NCBI GenBank assembly: GCA_023898385.1
Contig: CP060220.1
Span: 1,676,993 to 1,740,992 of the forward strand
DNA from: Pseudobdellovibrionaceae bacterium
GTDB lineage: Bacteria > Bdellovibrionota > Bdellovibrionia > Bdellovibrionales > UBA1609
Direction: 5' to 3'
Length of the DNA: 64,000 nt
This document shows, piece after piece, positions 17,998 to 27,247 of this stretch. Every line of letters begins with the position of its first letter. Positions within the stretch are counted from its first letter, which is position 1. The position numbers were made by a program, and so were the translations under genes. Below the pieces are notes generated by a model. It searched no databases, was not told the origin of the DNA, and saw nothing but the letters and a program-made list of their open reading frames with translations.

Positions 17998-19135
17998 GAC
18001 CGCTATCAAAATCTCACTTATTTTTCTATGGACTCTTTGGACCGGTGCGTGCAATCCAGCCGGCACAGTCAGTACGGCGGATACATCTTATGGATCAAGT
18101 GAGTCTGCCGCACCCACTCCCGAACCACCAGATTACCCTGAACTCACCGGCACCATTGGAATCAGTAGTGACGCAAACAACAAGCAGGCTCCCACAACTG
18201 ATTTTACGTCTCTCATTAATGATGATGCCGATCAGATGAATATCTCTTCTATTGAAATAGCTATCACGACAGAGACGGTCACTCCAAATAGCGATTTATC
18301 TGATGAAACCATTGGCAACGTACTCGATTGGACAGACATTACAAGCTCTCTGAACGGTGGCAACAGTGCAAACAACCACGATCCTGGAGATTGGAGCACC
18401 TTTCAACCTACCGAAGCGGGTCTGAGTCTCGATTTTGACGGCCTCGGCGATGGTACAATTGACGACCTCGCCGCAGGCACAGATTACTACATTTCCATCC
18501 GAGTCACCAACGAAGACGGCCTCACCTCAACCGTATCAACCACCCCCGGCTCTGGCTCCACTTCGAGCGCATGGAGCTTTAGCCCCCTTATTGATGGTCT
18601 AGCCCCTGTTCAGTCTTATGCAGAAAATACCAACTTTGGCACCTGGGCCACAAATACCGATGTTCTTGATCACATCTTTCAAGTCTCCTTCATCACCCCA
18701 GCATCAATGCCGGTATCAAGGACTCTTATTTTTGAATCTGGTGGCTCAGGCAAAGGTCAAGGGCTTTTAGTCGATGCCAGTGGTTACCTGGAGTTTCATT
18801 CAGGATCATCCACAGCTGCTGGATCGCCGCGAGTCACAAGTTCCCAACCCCTTTTACCTAATCAACAATATACAGTGATTATTTTTGTAGATAACGCCGC
18901 TGGGGATATTTTTATGTGGGTATCAACCCTAGCTGATGGCTCCCAGGTCAACCTTCCTGTTGACGTAGAAGATACGACCTATAATCAAACTGACCACTGC
19001 GGTACAGATGGAGGCGCCTATGGCCAAGCCACAAATGGCTCAACAGGCGGCGTCAGCTCTGGCACTTTTGCTGTATTTCCAGCAACCTACACATCAAACC
19101 TATTTATCTATAACGGTCGACCCTCTGGGTACTGA
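17987..19135 (+). CDS. exported lipoprotein, possibly with a C-terminal concanavalin/LamG-like domain
   Basis: Lipobox WTGAC, a Ser/Thr/Asp-rich linker, and a C-terminal LIFESGGSGKGQGLLVDASGYLEFHSG pattern. The start overlaps the upstream gene by 11 nt. Confidence 0.6.
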   Translation: MNTKTAIKISLIFLWTLWTGACNPAGTVSTADTSYGSSESAAPTPEPPDYPELTGTIGISSDANNKQAPTTDFTSLINDDADQMNISSIEIAITTETVTPNSDLSDETIGNVLDWTDITSSLNGGNSANNHDPGDWSTFQPTEAGLSLDFDGLGDGTIDDLAAGTDYYISIRVTNEDGLTSTVSTTPGSGSTSSAWSFSPLIDGLAPVQSYAENTNFGTWATNTDVLDHIFQVSFITPASMPVSRTLIFESGGSGKGQGLLVDASGYLEFHSGSSTAAGSPRVTSSQPLLPNQQYTVIIFVDNAAGDIFMWVSTLADGSQVNLPVDVEDTTYNQTDHCGTDGGAYGQATNGSTGGVSSGTFAVFPATYTSNLFIYNGRPSGY

Positions 19136-19497
19136 TTGTGACAAAATAACCAGAGAGAAAGTTGCCGCCAACAGCGAATCCCCACATCCCCGCAAATCTT
19201 CTCCACCCACTTAAGGCTCTAAGAAGCCACCTTTCCTGGACAACACCAGTCGAAAAATTTAATGCTGGCCTTAGCGCTGCAATACCTAGTAGGAAGGCAC
19301 GCACCCCACAGATCTAGAACGAGAGGGGCCATTTAAGGCTGACAAAAAGTGTCACTTTTTTCTCCATTGGACACTCCCCACAATCCCACTCAATTGAAGG
19401 CCCCACAACATACTCCCGGCTAGGGAACTCTTTTTGCAAAAACCAATGGAAGCTATTAAGAAAGTCCAAATTGGTAATACCGCCCCAGGAGGCCTAA

Positions 19498-21198
19498 GTG
19501 AAATTGACCGCTTTTCGTTGTCTCATATTTGCAGCATCTACTCTGGCGACAAGTGCCGCCTCCCTTAGGGCCATCGCCTCTGACATTACGGCACCCCCCT
19601 ACGACCTCACTGATAAGTCTGCTATTGAACAGAGATTTGACGAAATCCTACCCAGCCATGGTCATGCTGTCGCCCAAATAGATCTCGGCGTTCAGACCGA
19701 AATCGAACTCTTTAATCAATCCCTGGCTTCCATGAAGGTCTTTCGATTGAATGCGCTTAACTTTCTGTCGGATGTAGTAAAAAAAGCGGATGCAGCTGAA
19801 GTGAGTGGTGAAGACTTTGTTCTTGATCAAGAATTTAGCCATCGCCTCATGGCTGGAAGTCGACAGATCTTAAACTATCGCTACGACATTTGGTCAACAA
19901 TCAATAAATACCGTTCAATCAGTGATATACAAAAACATTCTAGACAAAAACTTTATATCAATGAAAAGCCTCCTTGGTTTGGATGGAAGACCGATAAAAA
20001 GTATGTTTTCGACACCAAAACTCCACGTGGAAAGCTTCTAATTAAAGAACTGTCTCTTGGCGTGGCAGCAGCTCTTTCACTTTACGATAATTACTTTTTG
20101 TTGATCGAATCCTTCGAGAACATTGGGTACGTAAGACGTCGACTCAATCATGGCGACCAGTCTTTCTCAATCCCATCGGATCAACTTGATGAAATATCAG
20201 ATGGAATTCGAAGTTTCTCAAATCGGGCTGCGCTTCGCGACACTCTTGAAATGCTTGATTCTTGGGCTCAAGGAAAATCAAAAGAAGAACTTGAGCAAAT
20301 GGGTGTCGCAGAATTAGTTGAAATTATTAATTCATCATTCTCGGCTTCGATTTTTCGAGCGAACCTGTTTGAACGATCAGCCATGATGCTTCAACACAGT
20401 CTTGACAAAGGATTTTTTAATGAATTGCGAGATGGTCGCATTGATTCAACAAATTCAATTACAAATTCTTTAAGCAAACTATTTGGCAACGCTGTCGGCC
20501 TCGTCGAATTCCGAAAAGGAAAACTCTTTAATGACAGCCACGTTACAAGTATGGTTCGCGGAAAACTCAAACCCCTTGATATTTTACTTGAAAAAACCCC
20601 CTTTCGCGTGACAGACCGATTTATACCTGGGCACTGGGGCCATGTGGCCATCTGGATTGGCAGCCTTGATGAACTAAAGAAGGATGGAACCTGGGATCAA
20701 CTCACTAAGACAGAACAATGGCAGAGCATCCCCGCCGATCGCAAACAAACCATTGTTAAGAATTTGCAAGATGGACATGTAATATTAGAAGCGCTTCGCA
20801 CTGGCGTTGAATTAAACTCACTGGAACACTTTCTAAATGTCGACGATTTTGTGGCCCTCAGAGTTAACAACGAAATGACAGAGAGTGATAAAGTTGAAAC
20901 CTTAGCGCGAGCACTATCACATTTTGGCAAAGAGTATGATTTCAACTTCGACATTTCTACGACCAGCAAAATAGTCTGCTCTGAACTGGCCTATCAAACT
21001 TATTTTGGTGTGAAATGGCCTACAGAAAAAACTTTAGGTCGATATAATATTACGCCCGATCATGTGGCTCAGCTAGCCATTGAAGGGGTGCCGTTCTCAG
21101 TGGTTGATTTATGGCATGATGGGCTTCGAGTGTCTGGCACACAGACTGAATTAGACTACGCATTTAACTCATTGATGATCGATAGCACCATTCAATAG
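19498..21198 (+). CDS. exported protein with a C-terminal YiiX/YaeF-type permuted NlpC/P60 (papain-like) domain
   Basis: AGGAGG lies 7 nt before GTG 19498, and there is a signal peptide. The His-then-Cys order (PGHWGHVAIWIG ... ILEALRTGVE ... YDFNFD...KIVCSELAYQTY) fits permuted NlpC/P60. Confidence 0.7.
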   Translation: MKLTAFRCLIFAASTLATSAASLRAIASDITAPPYDLTDKSAIEQRFDEILPSHGHAVAQIDLGVQTEIELFNQSLASMKVFRLNALNFLSDVVKKADAAEVSGEDFVLDQEFSHRLMAGSRQILNYRYDIWSTINKYRSISDIQKHSRQKLYINEKPPWFGWKTDKKYVFDTKTPRGKLLIKELSLGVAAALSLYDNYFLLIESFENIGYVRRRLNHGDQSFSIPSDQLDEISDGIRSFSNRAALRDTLEMLDSWAQGKSKEELEQMGVAELVEIINSSFSASIFRANLFERSAMMLQHSLDKGFFNELRDGRIDSTNSITNSLSKLFGNAVGLVEFRKGKLFNDSHVTSMVRGKLKPLDILLEKTPFRVTDRFIPGHWGHVAIWIGSLDELKKDGTWDQLTKTEQWQSIPADRKQTIVKNLQDGHVILEALRTGVELNSLEHFLNVDDFVALRVNNEMTESDKVETLARALSHFGKEYDFNFDISTTSKIVCSELAYQTYFGVKWPTEKTLGRYNITPDHVAQLAIEGVPFSVVDLWHDGLRVSGTQTELDYAFNSLMIDSTIQ

Positions 21199-21209
21199 AG
21201 GATATCAGA

Positions 21210-22364
21210 ATGACGGTTACAAAAAGAATCTCGTTTTCGCTTTGGAAAACCCTCTTAGCGGCAGGGTGTGCTTTTGTACTCATGCCACTGGCGCAGGCTC
21301 AAACACCTGAGAATGGCTCTTTTAATTTAGCGCCATTAAAAGAGTATTTTCAATTTGATAGCAAAAACAAGTCCATCACATATGATATTGTGCCTGAGTT
21401 CAAAACAAGTCTTGGTGAAGAGTACGCACTACGAAAGACAAAAAAGGCTTTCTCCACGGCCCTCAATCGCACGTTTAGCGAAGGAGCTCTCAATCAATTA
21501 AAAGGGCACCTGCAAAAAGCCTTCATCGAGGAGTTTGTCTACACTTTGCTGGTAATGAAGTTAATAAATAGCCGCACTCAGATTGATTTACATTTTATAC
21601 CCAGGTCCGATTCAGCCAGTGACTTTTCGCCAGAATTAAGTAGCAATGATTTCGTCCACTTTGCCCGCCCCACGAAATTGTCTGAACAGATTAAATCGAA
21701 CGCAAACACAGATTTGGAGACAACATTAAAAGAACTCTCAAAGTCTCACTCTATCAATGGGTACGTGGCTGGCGTGATCTCGCTGCAAGTAGACATTGCT
21801 GATGTAGATTTGTCTAACTTTAAGTCGCTGAAGGATCTTAAACATGGAGCCGTTAAGGGCATGGTGCGATTAAGAAAGTATATCATTGAGAACGCGACAA
21901 CCCAAAGTGTGGATTGGAAACATGGCCATCTTTCTATATCAGAAATTGGCACTTCACCACGATCACTCGATAAAATCAGCACCGTGGATGTTCAATTGAA
22001 TTTTGACTTAGGGCATCTCATACCCAAAGCCTCAACTATTAATGTTTTTCCTGGGCGGCTAGTTCCAGTGGAAACCAAAGAGAATTGGTGGTGGCCCATT
22101 TGGTCTTCATTACCTAAAGGTAAACCACTGTATTTTCAAGGCCATGTTTATGACGGCTTTTCATCAAAAGCCATGGGTGCATATTTAGATATGGTCAGCT
22201 ATGATCTTAGACAAAAAACCGTCTCAACAAAATTGAGATCCTGGGGGCCGCTAGAAGATCAAGACAAACAACAACTACAGGGCCTCATCGAACGACAGAT
22301 CCGACAATTGGGTTCAGAAATACTTGGCCTTGACAACTATCTTCCGTCACTGAGGCAACCATGA
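21210..22364 (+). CDS. exported protein of unknown function
   Basis: Signal peptide (LMPLAQAQ). It is tightly packed between the YiiX-like and PLD genes, with its stop overlapping the next start. I recognise no motif. Confidence 0.65.
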   Translation: MTVTKRISFSLWKTLLAAGCAFVLMPLAQAQTPENGSFNLAPLKEYFQFDSKNKSITYDIVPEFKTSLGEEYALRKTKKAFSTALNRTFSEGALNQLKGHLQKAFIEEFVYTLLVMKLINSRTQIDLHFIPRSDSASDFSPELSSNDFVHFARPTKLSEQIKSNANTDLETTLKELSKSHSINGYVAGVISLQVDIADVDLSNFKSLKDLKHGAVKGMVRLRKYIIENATTQSVDWKHGHLSISEIGTSPRSLDKISTVDVQLNFDLGHLIPKASTINVFPGRLVPVETKENWWWPIWSSLPKGKPLYFQGHVYDGFSSKAMGAYLDMVSYDLRQKTVSTKLRSWGPLEDQDKQQLQGLIERQIRQLGSEILGLDNYLPSLRQP

Positions 22365-24577
22365 AAACATTGAATATTTTTTTATTTTTAAGTATTGCGA
22401 TCTCGTCTTTTACCTCGGCAGCCCAAGTGCCTACGTTCTCGCTGCAAGATAGAATTAAGACTCAAGAATTTTTTAAAAAAAGCCACCCTATTCTATTTGG
22501 AAAGCCCGAGCTGCGAAGTGTAAAAGCATTCCAAGAGGCGCTTAAAATAGAAAAAGGCTTTTTAAAAAAATCGCATTGGTTGCGAGCCATTGCATTGATT
22601 GAAAAACTTGAAGATCGGGTCCCTGAGTCGATCCTACTTCCAATTGTTTACTGGCGCATTATCGAGCCGAGCTCGGCAAATTTAGAAACCACTCTTTCCT
22701 ATTTAATGCTGTCAAAATTATTAATGCTTCGAGACAACATTGACGCACCTAATAGCTCCAGTAAAGCGGAAGCTTTAGCGGCTTTAGTTGAGGCATCGGG
22801 CGACAATCGTATACAAACGGCCAATATTTTTTCTAGAACCATGACCAGCGGTCTTATCCCCCAAATGGCTGCCCGGCTAGCGAAACTGAAAAAGGACGAC
22901 GACTTTACCGATCAGGTGATAAACAATCGAATTGTCGGCTATCCGTTTGAGGACATCGCACCGCACATCACACCTTACTCTCTATCTCATCTGGGATACA
23001 TTCCCGGCAACGAAGTGGAACTGGTCAGCGAAAACGATCAATCTCCAGAACGAGTGCAGTGGTATAATGATCGAATCATGTTTAATGGGGCTCAGCTGGA
23101 CTGGAGCAAGCCTTACATGAAGATGCCCACCAGAGAAGAAATCGCCCGTTATGATCAAATTCCATCTGATTTGCGCCCACACATAGCTTTTGCCAAAGAC
23201 CCAATCTTTATGAAGATTCGCGATATGATTGATTGCGCTGAGGATTCCATTTTTATCGATATATTTCTGTTTGGCGGCACTTTAGGGGGAACACTGGCTA
23301 AATACTTGATCGATGAAACAGTAAAAAAACGCGCTAAAAATCCCAAGTTTCAAACAATCATACTTCATGACTTTGCAACAAACTATAATATGAAAGATGA
23401 AATGATGCCTGTCTTTCGCTACATCCGCGATCGAATTAACGGCAAGTCCGCAGTACCCGGTGAGGCGGTTGTTCCAGCTGGTTCGCTAATTTTACTCCAA
23501 GCAAATATTCAACGGCATACCCCAGGAATACCCTTTGGTCTGTCTGAACTCATTGAAAAAAATGTCGATAATTTTAAAGAAATAGAAAAGAGAAACACCT
23601 ACTACGAATCAAAAATTGACCACAGCAAAGTCATTGTCATTGACGGAAACACCGGGCGTGCAGAGGCCTATTTTGGGTCAAAAAACTGGACTGACCACAG
23701 TGGTGGGTACTATTACGACAACGCCCTTTGGATTAAAGGCCCGGCAGCAACATTGGTACAATACAGCTATTATGATGATATCGATGCTGCTTTGACCACA
23801 GATGAAGCTGAGCAAAAATGGTTTTTCTTTAAAGAAGAGGGCTTCGGCAACGAGAAATATATTGCCCAGAGAGATTCCATCTTAGCCTCTATTCAAATCA
23901 CCTTAGACAATATTAAAACTGCTGGCGAAGATACTGTGCAGCTAACAGAAGCCAACGTCGACGGTCGGATTAAAAATACTCGAAATATGATCATCGACAT
24001 GATCATAAAAGCGAAGTCACACATCTACATGGAGCAGCTGTTTATCTATGATAAATACATCAACGATGCATTTATCAAGGCTAAGATTCAAAACCCCACT
24101 TTGGACGTCCGCATTCTGGCCGACCATAATGGTAATTTTGGCATGAACGGGCTGCCAAATACCATTTTTATGGAAGAGCTCAATAAATATGGTATTCAAA
24201 TCCGAGCTCGTCAAACTCAGACTATTCCAGTGACTTACCCTGATGGCAGCACCGGAAAATATCACCAGGAAAACCATAGGAAAATTATTTCTGTGGATGG
24301 TAAAACTCTGCTGGTTGGGTCTTCGAACATGAATCCAGATACTTTTCAAGGAAGCTTTAGAGAATTTGGCGCCCAAATGTTTAACCAACAACAGATTTCT
24401 AAATTTGAAAGAGACTTTTTGGGTGACTGGCAAGACTCTTCGAAAACCGAACCCTTTGACGTCGCAGGTAGAAAGTTAGTCGTGTTTGGCAAAGAACTCT
24501 CTGAAGAAACATCTTCTTTGATTAACTCCATTTTAGGCCAGATTCTGCGAGTGAAAGACCAACTTGAGTTTCGATAG
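22361..24577 (+). CDS. exported phospholipase D superfamily enzyme (two HKD motifs)
   Basis: HSKVIVIDGNTGRAEAYFGSKNWTDHS and HRKIISVDGKTLLVGSSNMNPDT are both HxK(x)4D(x)6GSxN motifs. N-terminal signal peptide. Confidence 0.85.
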   Translation: MKTLNIFLFLSIAISSFTSAAQVPTFSLQDRIKTQEFFKKSHPILFGKPELRSVKAFQEALKIEKGFLKKSHWLRAIALIEKLEDRVPESILLPIVYWRIIEPSSANLETTLSYLMLSKLLMLRDNIDAPNSSSKAEALAALVEASGDNRIQTANIFSRTMTSGLIPQMAARLAKLKKDDDFTDQVINNRIVGYPFEDIAPHITPYSLSHLGYIPGNEVELVSENDQSPERVQWYNDRIMFNGAQLDWSKPYMKMPTREEIARYDQIPSDLRPHIAFAKDPIFMKIRDMIDCAEDSIFIDIFLFGGTLGGTLAKYLIDETVKKRAKNPKFQTIILHDFATNYNMKDEMMPVFRYIRDRINGKSAVPGEAVVPAGSLILLQANIQRHTPGIPFGLSELIEKNVDNFKEIEKRNTYYESKIDHSKVIVIDGNTGRAEAYFGSKNWTDHSGGYYYDNALWIKGPAATLVQYSYYDDIDAALTTDEAEQKWFFFKEEGFGNEKYIAQRDSILASIQITLDNIKTAGEDTVQLTEANVDGRIKNTRNMIIDMIIKAKSHIYMEQLFIYDKYINDAFIKAKIQNPTLDVRILADHNGNFGMNGLPNTIFMEELNKYGIQIRARQTQTIPVTYPDGSTGKYHQENHRKIISVDGKTLLVGSSNMNPDTFQGSFREFGAQMFNQQQISKFERDFLGDWQDSSKTEPFDVAGRKLVVFGKELSEETSSLINSILGQILRVKDQLEFR

Positions 24578-24665
24578 AAGTGAATATTTGAACATCTCAC
24601 TCTTTTATAATTCGCAGTCTATTACCTGAGGCCATAGTATTTTTCTCTGGCCCTGAGCCCAAACC

Positions 24666-25937
24666 TCACTCCTTGGCTGGCATGCGGGGGGCTTGTTTTT
24701 CGTTTAAGTAGGCACGTAGTATTTTTGCTACTTCCACCGACCGGTCATGACCCTCTGACGCTGACACACCCTCGACTCTCTTGACAACCTGGCCTTCTGC
24801 ATTGAATTCATCTCCCTTCATTATGAGGGCCCGGTAGCTGTTGAGTTTGGTTCGATACCGATAGTCCAATCCCTTTTTGGTGCTTTTGTCGGCTGTGGCC
24901 AGAAGATAGGGCACCAAGATCTTGGGGTCGTTCAGGTGCGGATGCATGGCAATGAGCAATGCCGCCACTCCTGACACAAAAGCCGTGGCTTGAGAAGTAC
25001 CCGTCATGTAGCCATATTGTCCTCCATGCAAAGTGGAGTAAATCTCATTTCCTGGTGCCGCAATATCTACTGTATGTTTTCCGTAGTTGCTTGTTGGCAA
25101 CAATTTACTTTGGTTGTCGATGGCCGTCACTGACAAGATATTGGGTAGATCATAGTCCGCAGGATAAAAGGGTTTGTGGTCTGAATTGCTGGCCTCATTT
25201 CCAGCAGCGGCCACCACCAACACATTTTGATCAGCGGCTTTTTTAAGGGCCTGGTACTCCATTACGGAAGATGTGAGGCCACCACCTGAATAATTGATGA
25301 TGTGGGCCCCCATTTTTATAGCATACTCAATGGCCCTCACCGTATTAAACAGCGTTTGCTGACCCATAGCTTTCGGATCATAGTATTTTAAAATCATTAG
25401 GCTTACATTGGGCGAAACACCACTAACGCCCACACCATTTCCGCCATCGGCGCCGATAATACCTGCGATATGACTGCCATGGCCGTGATGATCTGTAATA
25501 TCACTATTGTTAGAGGCGAAGTTCCAACCATGTACATCATCGACAAAACCGTTTTTATCATCGTCAACTCCATTGGTTTCTTTGTTTCGTCCTTTGGAGT
25601 CCACGCCAGTTTCTCCTGGGTTCTGCCAAAGGTTTTTTCGTAAGTCCACATGCCATGGATCAATACCCGTATCGATTACAGCCACAACCACCCGACGACT
25701 GCCCTGCTGCAACTGCCAAGCTTTGGAAGTCTCAATATCTTTTAGACCCCATTTTAGTGACATGGCAGGATCGCTCTCAATAACTGATACCTGTTTGATT
25801 GATGGTTCTTTTTGGATTTTTGGCGACTCTAACTGAACAGGTCGTTCAATCGCCCTTGCAAATACTGATGTGAAAAGAATAAAGATTGTTCCTCCGACGT
25901 GCCACCGCAAAACTAAAACTCGCGGCAGGCTTTTCAT
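24666..25937 (-). CDS. subtilisin-family (S8) serine protease, exported
   Basis: Catalytic Asp, His and Ser motifs: VAVIDTGID, HGHGSHIAGIIGA and MTGTSQATAFVSG. Signal peptide present. Confidence 0.9.
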   Translation of the reverse strand: MKSLPRVLVLRWHVGGTIFILFTSVFARAIERPVQLESPKIQKEPSIKQVSVIESDPAMSLKWGLKDIETSKAWQLQQGSRRVVVAVIDTGIDPWHVDLRKNLWQNPGETGVDSKGRNKETNGVDDDKNGFVDDVHGWNFASNNSDITDHHGHGSHIAGIIGADGGNGVGVSGVSPNVSLMILKYYDPKAMGQQTLFNTVRAIEYAIKMGAHIINYSGGGLTSSVMEYQALKKAADQNVLVVAAAGNEASNSDHKPFYPADYDLPNILSVTAIDNQSKLLPTSNYGKHTVDIAAPGNEIYSTLHGGQYGYMTGTSQATAFVSGVAALLIAMHPHLNDPKILVPYLLATADKSTKKGLDYRYRTKLNSYRALIMKGDEFNAEGQVVKRVEGVSASEGHDRSVEVAKILRAYLNEKQAPRMPAKE

Positions 25938-25951
25938 AAATAGACCTCCTT

Positions 25952-27004
25952 TTATAGATTGATCATTTTCAATAAACGGGCTGCCGCCTCAAGCTCCCTT
26001 CCCGGCTGAGAACTGAGAATTCCAGAGATTTGCCCGGCCCGATCAAAGGCCACTGAAACTCCAAGCTCTCCTCCGATTAAAGAGACCCTCTGCGGCAGCC
26101 CCACACGAACATCATAAATAGTTTCAATGAGTTCAGTTCCATGTTGCACTCGCGACTTCGATAGTGTCCGCGACTTTGAACCATCAAGCTTGTACCAATA
26201 TTCATGCCGAGACTGACTTATCGGGTGGCTATGGCACATTTTCTTTCGATCAACAAAATGGTGATCCGAGCCACCCCTATGATACTCCAACACCTCTCGG
26301 CACTGGGTCTTTGGGTCTTGAATCTCGATTAACCGATCATGGACCAAATCATAGGTTAATCTTAATTGAGATTCATCCGCCCGGATCACCTCAGTTAAAT
26401 TGTTATATAGGTCATATTTGTATTGAGTTGTTTCCATCGAAGAGTCGGTCACGCCCAACAGTAGATCATTCTTATAGGTGAACTTTCTTACCTGTGATTG
26501 CCATTGAATTTCCATGACCCTATCCAAGTCAGGGTCACGCAGCATTCGAAAGGTATTGCCCTCGCTGTCTTTAACATTTTTCAAATGACCCTTAGTTGTA
26601 AATTGAAACTTAAATTGATTGTTATCTGTGTATAAAAAACCCTGGGCATTGGCTGTCATCACCGCACCATTGACTGGTTTTCCGCACCTGTTAAGTTGGG
26701 GCTTTATGTCTGGCGACAGTTCAATATAAGTGTCTAGCCGAGAACACCATCCGAAACCAAACACTCCTACAAATAACGAACGACTTGAGTAAGTGCGTTC
26801 TATACCGAAATCAGATGACGACTCAGTAAAACTCCCACTTTGATAGTCGACGGAGGCTTGAGATTGAGTGGCCACTGTTAGAAGAAAGAGGCCAGCAAAC
26901 GTTCGGATCAGGTTAGGGTTGGGGGAGGAGAGGCATTTGGGGTGTACTAAAAAATTTTTCATAGTACACTCACCCCTATTGCAAGGGCGAGACCAGCTCT
27001 TCAC
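25952..27004 (-). CDS. small exported YD/RHS-repeat protein
   Basis: YKYDLYNNLTEV, LTYDLVHDRLIEI and FTYKNDLLLGV are YD-type repeats. A signal peptide follows the alternative start at 26962. The gene lies 14 nt upstream of the S8 protease. Confidence 0.6.
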   Translation of the reverse strand: MKSWSRPCNRGECTMKNFLVHPKCLSSPNPNLIRTFAGLFLLTVATQSQASVDYQSGSFTESSSDFGIERTYSSRSLFVGVFGFGWCSRLDTYIELSPDIKPQLNRCGKPVNGAVMTANAQGFLYTDNNQFKFQFTTKGHLKNVKDSEGNTFRMLRDPDLDRVMEIQWQSQVRKFTYKNDLLLGVTDSSMETTQYKYDLYNNLTEVIRADESQLRLTYDLVHDRLIEIQDPKTQCREVLEYHRGGSDHHFVDRKKMCHSHPISQSRHEYWYKLDGSKSRTLSKSRVQHGTELIETIYDVRVGLPQRVSLIGGELGVSVAFDRAGQISGILSSQPGRELEAAARLLKMINL

Positions 27005-27066
27005 TTAAAATTTTGCTTGTAGAGATTTATTGTTTTTTCAGTGCATGTACAAAATTGCGAACTTCA

Positions 27067-27082
27067 AAAATGTGCACATTTT
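27067..27082. promoter_or_regulatory. perfect 16-bp palindrome AAAATGTGCACATTTT
   Basis: Read directly from the sequence. It lies about 60-100 nt upstream (minus strand) of the YD/S8 operon start. Confidence 0.35.
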
Positions 27083-27174
27083 CAAAAAAAATGTTCAAAT
27101 GATTATTTGATTTGCCAAAAGCCCACTCAGAGAACACCTGTTTACCAGGTACACAGGTGTCTCATTTTGATACT

Positions 27175-27244
27175 GCTTTGGTACCAGGTCCTGAACATGG
27201 TACCAAAGCATGATGCCCTGTGACCAGGTTCAGGACCTGGTACC
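27175..27244. repeat. nested, mutually exclusive inverted repeats (17-bp and 11-bp stems)
   Basis: GGTACCAGGTCCTGAAC (27180-27196) pairs with GTTCAGGACCTGGTACC (27228-27244). GCTTTGGTACC (27175-27185) pairs with GGTACCAAAGC (27199-27209). The two stems share GGTACC. The structure starts 3 nt after the GGDEF stop. Confidence 0.7.
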
Positions 27245-27247
27245 CAA

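Noticed and set aside
19330-19360. AT-rich palindrome AAAAAGTGTCACTTTTT as a terminator of the LamG-like gene
   Set aside because: The stem is almost entirely A-T and lies about 200 nt past the stop codon. The predicted stability is too low to call.
24017-24433. 138-aa antisense ORF inside the PLD gene. The same issue applies to 42864..43409 and 42114..42557 inside fusA, 63376..63960 and 63398..63763 over metG, 36484..37086, 55728..56141, 56138..56485 and 53984..54373.
   Set aside because: Each lies wholly within or opposite a gene with strong family motifs. None has a recognisable motif or a ribosome-binding site, and their compositions are typical of shadow ORFs.
24578-24665. Terminator between the convergent PLD and S8 genes
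   Set aside because: Only 4-5 bp stems (GGCCA...TGGCC) could be drawn, which is not convincing enough to annotate.
27096-27115. Fur-box-like AT-rich sequence (AAATAATCATTT on the minus strand)
   Set aside because: Only about 10 of 19 positions match the GATAATGATAATCATTATC consensus in my hand alignment, which is within expectation for AT-rich intergenic DNA.
27005-27247. c-di-GMP (GEMM-I/II) riboswitch downstream of the GGDEF gene
   Set aside because: I looked on both strands for the conserved GGCAAACC and ACGCAAAGCC-type elements. Only an isolated GGCAAA is present. The hairpins do not match the GEMM architecture as far as I can judge by eye. An Infernal scan would be needed for certainty.
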